Shown: one piece after another, positions 56,778 through 64,000 of the stretch | Numbering within the stretch: the first letter of the stretch is position 1 | How the letters are laid out: every line of letters begins with the position of its first letter | Assembly: GCA_002269645.1 (NCBI GenBank) | Contig: NIVC01000839.1 | Location: 62,001-126,000, forward strand | Reading direction: 5' to 3' | Length of the DNA: 64,000 nt | From: Macrostomum lignano | Taxonomy: Eukaryota | The notes under the pieces: model-generated | What the model saw: the letters and a program-made list of their open reading frames with translations, nothing else | Database searches by the model: none | What the model was told of the DNA's origin: nothing | Translations under genes and position numbers: made by a program

Positions 56778-58968
56778 TGATGTAACCGCCCTTGTCGCCT
56801 GTCCGCTCCTATTGAGAGACGAACGCTTGGCTAGAGGGGCGATGACCGTAGGCTGCCTATGACCGGGCAATGACCTGACGGACCTCCAGCACCAGACTGT
56901 CCCGCCCACATGATTAGTAGCTTTGGTAGCGCTTCGTGACCAGAGGGCCAAGGACCCACATGGACCCCACCTGTAGCCAAGGTGCAATAGTTGGTCACTC
57001 GGTCATGGTATGACCGAGTGGCTGCCACCACTCTATGTGACCTGGCGCACCTGGATCTTTCTACCAGACCTCTCGAGGCTAGAGCCCCGCCTGGAGTGGT
57101 TACCAGGGGATTTAGGCTAACAGGGGAGACGCATGCAGCCGAGTACAGGGACTCTGCTTGGGGCATGATCGGGAACTCTGGGCTCAATCCTGGAGGATTT
57201 CTCAGCAGGGGATCCTTTGTGGCTGTGAGCGAGGCTGGCTTGCGACTTTGATTACTAAGAGTAGTATGAGGCGAACATGTACTGTCTCTAGTTTAGATTG
57301 CTCAGGGCGAAGGGACGCGTCAGCATGGGGTTGCAACCTTCCTACTGCCATTCTGTGCCAAGACTCGCTACTCCCTCTACTGCACGCACACGCGGCCCCG
57401 CAGCACGCACTCACAGGCGGGCTTTGCACGGGGGAGGCCATTAGCTTACCCAAACTTCCCTATGCTTTGCCACCCCGGGAGAAAGGCTTAGCAAGCCATG
57501 AGTTAAATGATGGTGAAAGATTGAATAATGATGAAGTTAGTTAATAGTTAATAATTAGGCCCTTAGGCGAATAATCAGGCAATTAGGCGGCTTCACTTTG
57601 AGTAAAATACAGCAAAAGATACGGTATCACAATTGGCTCAGCTCTCTAATCAGACAATGGAAAATAGGCAAACCCCGGATAAGCAAAGGCAATTAGAGCA
57701 CAAATTAGTAACAGGAACTTACCGGCAGCTGCACAGAGAGAGAGAGGCGGAGTGGCCGAGGGTGGCTGTAGGCTGCGGTCAGGCAGACAGTGGAGCGGCG
57801 ATGCGCTGGAGCGACGAGGCGCTGATGTAGATCAGGCGATGCTGATGATGCTGGGCGGTATCAGACCGCTGGCCGATAGGCGAGCTCACTTGGGGAGCTA
57901 AGGATAACTTGGCGGTAACAGACCGCGGACCGGCAGGGATTCGTCTTATAGACGAATGGGTCAGAACTCAGTCTGACGGCAAGCCCAAAGAGGCGGAAAG
58001 TCTGAGGATTCTCATGCCGAAATCGCTTCCTTTTATAGACCTCACAGCCGCCTCCTCAAGGTCGTTACCATGGCTCCCTCTCTCTGATTGGCTGCCGGCA
58101 GAATGACGTCAGAATGAGTCATGATGAGAAGCATGAGACCGGCATAGCAACATGAGAAATCGGGAAATTGCGCAATCCGGAGGTGGGGTGGGGGATAATT
58201 GGCGCAGCGGGTGGTCGCGAAAGTGTTGCGCAAGCAAACATTGAGAACAATAGGGCTGGGGTCGAGAACAAAGGAATTGGAAAACGGGGATAATTGGGGA
58301 GAACTGAGAACAATGGAAAAGTAAACATTGGGGAAAAGGTGATAATTAGGTGCGAAAACGAGAACAAAAGAAAGAGAAAATCGGAGAAAATGTGATAATT
58401 GGTGGGGTCGAGAGAACAAAAGAAGCAAAAACGAGAACAATAGAAGCGGAGGTGGGGTGGGTGTCGCATGAGAAATTTGGGGAGGAGAACAATGGCGTGA
58501 GAAAAGGTTGCGCAAGAGAGGGGGATGAGTCATCGATGAGTCACCGAGGGGGAGAAGGGGTCACACGACTTGCGTCACCGTTTGGGAGTCTGAGAGGGGA
58601 TGGGGAGACGGTGAGCACACAAAATACTGTAAGTAGACACAGGGAAAGAGGGGACAGCGCAGGAAAAGAGTGCAGAGGGAGACAAAAAGAGGGGAGATAG
58701 GGAAAGTACAGGAAGAATAGGGCGGAAAACAGAAGAGATAAGGTAGAGGGGGAGGTACAGAAAGGGGTAGGGGGCTCCGGAAAGGCAGGTGTGGCGGCAG
58801 GGGAGACGGGACCAAGGCAGCAGGAGGGGTGCAGCAGAGCGGGAGTCTCCAGGCCCGGTCGGAGACCTGGCCGAGTCTCGACAGCTCTGTGCAGAGGGTG
58901 CACGGGATAGGAGGCACTTTCGAAAAAGTTCCCATGCCCTATCCCGCGACCAGAGCGTGGTTACATCA
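56778..58968 (-). mobile_element. 2.2-kb LTR-like insertion without recognisable coding capacity (long solo LTR or non-autonomous element)
   Basis: 10-bp inverted termini TGATGTAACC...GGTTACATCA; 4-bp TSD AATA (56774-56777, 58969-58972); minus-strand CCAAT (~58085-58093) and TATAAAAG (~58030-58040). Confidence 0.7.
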
Positions 58969-59400
58969 AATACTATTTTGGAGTGAATTTTATTATCGAG
59001 CAAAGGTATAAAGATTTGTATTGCCGAAATGATTTTCAAAATGTGACCAGTCTGAATGACGGCAGCAGCATCAAAGTTGGGTGACCTTGAGCTTCCCTAT
59101 ATGTACTTTCTGGCTCACAGAAAAAGTCACCACATCTTATTAGAACTTTGAGAACGAGTAGATTTGAAGCTCAATTTTTCAGTAATGAACTTTCAATTGA
59201 ATCAGACTTTGAAATCTAGAGAGTAAAGGCAAATAAATAAGCGAAAACTACTTTAATGCAAAGTTAGGCAATTTTTATTGAAACGATTTATTTATAAGGT
59301 TACTACTTAAATCGAAACAGAGTTTTTATTCGAAAATAAATCAACGCTAGTTATTAGACTTCAAGATGATATTGACTGTCGCCATGGCAACTGCATGGTC

Positions 59401-60670
59401 TCAGTTCATCGTCAGTACTTCGTAGTCGTCAACGATCTTGTGCTCCTTGCCGCCCCAGGAGATGTAGGCGCACTCCAGATCAGGTTGGGCCTTACCGCAG
59501 CAGACCTCGCCTTCGAACTGGGAGGTAATTAGGGTGCATGATTGGGTTAACATTTGGTTAATTGTTGCTACAGAGGTGGTTGCAAGGTTTTTTGATGGGT
59601 GCCATTTTATGGGGCGTCATCTTAGGGGAGCATCATCTTAAGGGGGCGTCATCTTAGGGGGGCGTCATCTTAGGGGGGCGTCATCTTAGGGGGCGTCATC
59701 TTCGGGGAGCGTCATCTTAGGGGGCGTCATCTTAGGGGGGGGGGCGTCATCTTAGGGGGGGGCGTCATCTTAGGGGGGGCGTCATCTTCGGGGAGCGTCA
59801 TCTTCGGGGAGCGTCATCTTCGGAGAGCGTCATCTTCGGGGAGCGTCATCTTCGGGGAGCGTCATCTTCGGGGAGCGTCATCTTCAAGAGAGCGTCATGC
59901 GTCATTTTGGGGGGCGTCATCTTAGGGGGGGGCGTCATCTTTGGGGAGCGTCATCTTAGGGGAGCGTCATCTTCGGGAAGCGTCATCTTCGGGGAGCGTC
60001 ATCTTAGAGGAGCGTCATCTTAGGGGAGCGTCATCTTAGGGGGCGTCATGCGTCATTTTAGGGGGGCGTCATCTTAGGGTAGCGTCATCTTAGGGGGCGT
60101 CATGCGTCATTTTAGGGGGGCGTCATCTTAGGGTAGCGTCATCTTAGGGGGCGTCATCTTAGGGGGCGTTATCTTAGGGGAGGGGGCGTCATGCGTTATC
60201 TTAGGGGGGCGCCATGTTAGTTCATAATTAGTTGTCAGCCTATTGGGGACAGCGGCTATGACCCTGCATGGGTAAAGGTTAAAAGTAGCCACAGGAATTG
60301 ACGCACTCACCGTAGCTCGAGCAACGTACAGTGGAGCGCCATTGTCATAGCCGGAGACCAGAGCCCCCTTTGGCACCGAATTGCCCTTAGCTGGCAGCCA
60401 TTGGTAGCCGCAGCCGAAGTGGCCAATCTCAGAGGAGACCAGAACCTCGTACTCGCTGTAGGGAACCTCCTCGTCGCCGTATGGCACGTAGGCGCTGGTG
60501 TGACCGGCGGATAATTTCCCGGGCACCCACTCGCCCTCGTGTTTGGCCCTAGCAACGTAGCAATCCTCTCCGGCTTTGACAGCCCCGGCTGGGATGTCAC
60601 CGTTGGAAGCCGGGTGCCAACTGAGGCACAGCTCGATGCCCTCGATGTCGTTGTGATTCACTCGGCTCAT
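59401..60670 (-). CDS. DM9-repeat (DUF3421) protein, 158 aa
   Basis: Exons 60670-60311 and 59517-59401, phase 0, GT-AG. Two DM9 units: WHPASNGDIPAGAV...YVARAKHEGEWVPGK...YVPYGDEE...YEVL and WLPAKGNSVPKGAL...LYVARATFEGEVCCGK...YISWGGKE...YEVL. Confidence 0.92.
59610..60215. repeat. ~15-17-bp intronic minisatellite (GGGGCGTCATCTTA)
   Basis: Fills the DM9 intron; explains the KMTPP tail of the raw ORF. Confidence 0.92.
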
Positions 60671-61804
60671 GTTGGAAGGTTTAGTAGTTGTGTAGTTAGA
60701 AATAGGCACTGAGACGAAATCTATGCTGGTGGTGTGTTTTTTATTCAATAGCTAAACCGCAGCCGATTATATACCACATCAAAAAGTTTATTGCGAACTT
60801 AATAAGCGGCTGGGTGATGACTAATGACGGTGGGTGTTTATTTTATTATAAACCTTATAGTGTGGCTTCGCGTAGGGAAAGGTTTGGGGGGGGTGGTGTT
60901 GACTAAATGCCATCAGCCTCTCCTTTCCTTATCAGTTTATTACGTTCCAATAAAACCACACTGGCCGCAGCCAAGCCAATGAGAGCGACGGAATTAAGGG
61001 TTCGCGGAGTGGGGTGGGGGTCTGCAGGGGTAGGAAAACTGGGCTTTCGTCTATTATGGAGGGAGCCAATGAAAATCAAGTTTCACAAAAGCGAACATAT
61101 GGTCTATGCACATAGACAGAATGAACTTCAGTACTGTGTTGATTACAGACAACTGCATTTTATTACAATTCTTTGTGTTGCGAATAAACGTTTATTTCAA
61201 TTTGGATTCTTCCTATTTATACTGGCATGCTGATTGCAGTCTCAGATAGGAGGATAGACGTAGACTCAAGAATTTACGAGCTTAAAGCCTAAATTTTACT
61301 GAACATTAGTAACTGCAACAATTTCACTGCTAACTTCAGGATGTATTTTTGAGACTTAAGATATTAAATCTCTAAAATGTGTTTTCTCTTTGCTACAATG
61401 TTTAATGATCGTTAGGTAATTGTTAATATGCAGTTAAATAAACATTAAATTGTACTCAAAATCCGTTATACCGGTGAATACTATCAAGAAAAACCAGCCT
61501 CCTTAACATTTTCTAAGAAACGTAATTTACTGTATTTCTACCTTGAGTAGTCCTTGAATACTACTCTTACTAACTACCGGAAATCTAAGTAGTAGTATGG
61601 TAAGAAATCTTCATGGAAAAAATGAAAAAAAAAGATAAAAATATTCAGCTTCGATTGATTTTTAATCTCGTCTCTCGATGTATTTTTCGATTCTATTCGG
61701 AACAAAATTTCAAAAGCAAAATCCTATTTAGTTTTTTGGCATCGTGTGTAAGTGTGTTCTCAACACTGGCAGCGCAACCTCATCCGGGCAGCAATTCTTG
61801 CTGT

Positions 61805-62555
61805 TCAACCCAGGCGGATCAGTTTGACAACGCGACGCAGGGCGGCAGCCAGCTGGTTGCTTATCCAGCCGTTCATCACCTCGGAGATGATGCCGGACAT
61901 GGCTTTGCTGATAGGGCTCAGCACCTGCGGTTTGAGTCAGTAGGTTTATTACGTCAGGTTAAAACTTACTCTGCATTGCTTCAGTTCACCCAGCTGTAAA
62001 ATGAGTGCAGGTGTAATCAATTATGCTCACCCAGTCAAGAGCTCCCAGGCCGCCAATGGAGACGCTCAGGCTGCCCAGACTGTGCAGGCGGACCTCGCGC
62101 AGGACGGGGCTGGCGCCGGAAACTCCCAGATCGTGGGTGACGCGGAGGAAAGCGCGGAAATTCTTCAGAGTGGCTTTGATGCTAGCTGTGACCTTGATGC
62201 CGCTCCAGGACACGCGAGCTCTCAGGGTGCCTCCGACGTTGGCCCCGAAGAGGCCCTGCAGGGTGAGCACGGTGCCAGACTGGCTCAGCGAGGCGTCGCC
62301 AGCGCGCCTCACGGTGGACAGATCGCCCAGCTGGCCGTTGATGGAGGCGGAGCCCTTGATCCTGATGAAGCCGACCTTCTTGCTGAAGCCAACCTTCTTG
62401 TCCAGCACGCTGACCATGTGGGTGTTGGTGTCGCGCAGGTTCTGGGTGAGGCTCTGGAGCAGGGTGTCCATCTGCTGATTGGCCAGGATCACGTTGCCGT
62501 GGGCGGGGCCGGACAGAGCCAGGGCCAGAGTGGCGATGGTTAGCAGGTGCAGCAT
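61805..62555 (-). CDS. Secreted 214-aa protein, Der p 7/group-7-allergen-like (TULIP-like fold)
   Basis: Exons 62555-62031 and 61924-61805, phase 0; signal peptide MLHLLTIATLALALSGPAHG; N-terminal helix, GQLGDLSTVRRAGDASL, alternating beta-strand pattern and an amphipathic C-terminal helix. The family call is from pattern recall. Confidence 0.65.
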
Positions 62556-62619
62556 GGCGGCTGAAGTTTGAATGTAAAAATTTGGGGGTTTTGCAGCTGG
62601 AATTGGTCGTCCTGATGGT

Positions 62620-63460
62620 CCCAATTCTGCACATTCCGTTGACTCCTGAGCATACAAGCGAGTCAATATACTGCACGCAGGCACAGCACTCATGCACACG
62701 CTCACACAAGGTGTACAGCTGCCCTTTGACCTTCTAATCGTTAGACATGTACACTCAGGGGCGTCGCCATAGATTTTACGGTGGGGGGGCACAAAACCAA
62801 TAATTCTAAATGTACATGTAAAAGCGGCGCTGTCAGCGCTTATTTTGGCGCCGCAGGCACTCATTTTAGCGCGGCACGCACTGATTTTAGCGCCGCAGGC
62901 ACTCATTTTCCCGCGGCACGCACTGATTTTAGCGCGGCACGCACTGATTTTAGCGCGGCACCCACTGATTTTAGCGCGGCACGCACTGATTTTAGCGCCG
63001 CACGCACTCATTTTGGCGCCGCAGGCACTCATTTTGGCGCGGCACGTACTGATTTTAGCGCCGCAGGCACTCATTTTAGCGCCGCACGCACTCATTTTGG
63101 CGCCGCAGGCACTCATTTTGGCGCCGCAGGCACTCATTTTGGCGCCACAGGCACTCATTTTAGCGCCGCAGACACTCATTTTGGCGCCGCAGACACTTAT
63201 TTTGGCGCCGCAGGTGCTATATTTTGTCACCCTAAAGCAAAACTGAGTTCCATAACGGGTCACAAGGTTGGGTTGGGGGTGCAAATCACTGGCATGTCCC
63301 CCAATAGCTTTTACTGGGGGGGGGGAGCATGTCCCCCTTGTTCTCCCTGGTGGCGACACCCCTGTGTACACTCCCTGTCTTGTGCTTTGACCTTCATGGA
63401 TGTTGACCGAGCAGGGAATCGAACCCGGAGTGTTTTACTGTTTAGCTGCTCTGCTCTGAT
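62620..63460 (-). mobile_element. tRNA-derived SINE-like copy interrupted by a hAT MITE
   Basis: B-box GGTTCGATTCCC on the minus strand near 63415-63430; shared body motif CACGCTCACACAAGGTGTACAG. Confidence 0.7.
62756..63364. mobile_element. hAT-like MITE (609 bp) with an internal 21-bp tandem array
   Basis: Termini CAGGGGCGTCGCCA / TGGCGACACCCCTG; 8-bp TSD TGTACACT (62748-62755, 63365-63372); TTTTAGCGCCGCAGGCACTCA repeats at 62835-63215. Confidence 0.88.
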
Positions 63461-64000
63461 GAAGCCATGCAGAGTTAAGGTGAAGCTGGAAACATTCCAA
63501 AACATATTGATGATAGCTGAAAATCAGATCAACTTACCAACTAAGTTAGCTGTGAGTTTACCTTAATGCTTAGCGTGATTTATTTCCTTGCAAATCAGTT
63601 TTCTCTGCGACCTGACACGTCACATTTAAATACATTTTTGATAGAGAAAACTTATCTGTCAAATTAGTGACAGGTGTAGTGACAGGCAAAATTTATGACA
63701 TATACCAGCTCGATGCCTGTAGTCTGTAGATTGCAGATTTTTGTCGCAGCAATCAACCGCGATGAGAATTTACCAGTTGTTCCCACAGATTAACAGGCGT
63801 TTTAAATATTTGACATTACGCGTGCCACTTGAAAAACGGATAAGTTATTTCTGTGGCCGCTGGCTTCAGCATGACAACCCAGAATTTTGACCGACATTTT
63901 TCGAGCAAGTTTTATGAGGCGAAATATGCATGATATAGCCTGTTATATTTTAGTGACAGGCGATTGTGACTTTGGTTTTAATTAGGGTATTTATGCAAGA

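Noticed and set aside
61986-63371. 461-aa ORF as one protein
   Set aside because: The N-terminal half translates the hAT MITE 21-bp array; the real gene starts at ATG 62555 with a signal peptide and splices at 62031.

Overview
Repeat-rich eukaryotic genomic DNA. The G/C-skewed intronic minisatellites, the flatworm-type Cys-loop channel and the DM9 gene suggest a free-living flatworm such as Macrostomum; this is inference. Host genes: the last five exons of USP34 (+, 1022-3912), a secreted 3xWSC-domain gene whose third exon carries an in-frame TAA (+, 21168-25824), a two-exon anion-selective Cys-loop receptor (GluCl/GlyR-like, +, 39804-44384), a GT32 DXD glycosyltransferase with homopolymer frameshifts (-, 47124-48547), an unassigned His-rich multi-exon gene (-, ~52.5-54.3 kb), a degenerate coiled-coil/NHL gene (+, ~55.5-56.6 kb), a DM9-repeat protein (-, 59401-60670) and a secreted Der p 7/TULIP-like protein (-, 61805-62555). 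The rest is heavily nested mobile DNA, most insertions bounded by visible target-site duplications. It includes a decayed Gypsy element carrying a LINE fragment and a SINE that itself carries a solo LTR, an intact young Gypsy (Mag-like) element, and two tyrosine-recombinase (DIRS/Ngaro-like) retrotransposons whose Gag begins with a SAP motif. It also includes a P-like element, RNase H LINEs, foldback and hAT MITEs, and a CCC-ended TIR element that carries an apparently spliced, unrecognised coiled-coil gene inside a second foldback element. About 20 tandem arrays are present. No rRNA, confident tRNA gene or CRISPR array was seen. All homology calls are from motif recognition and memory, not database searches.
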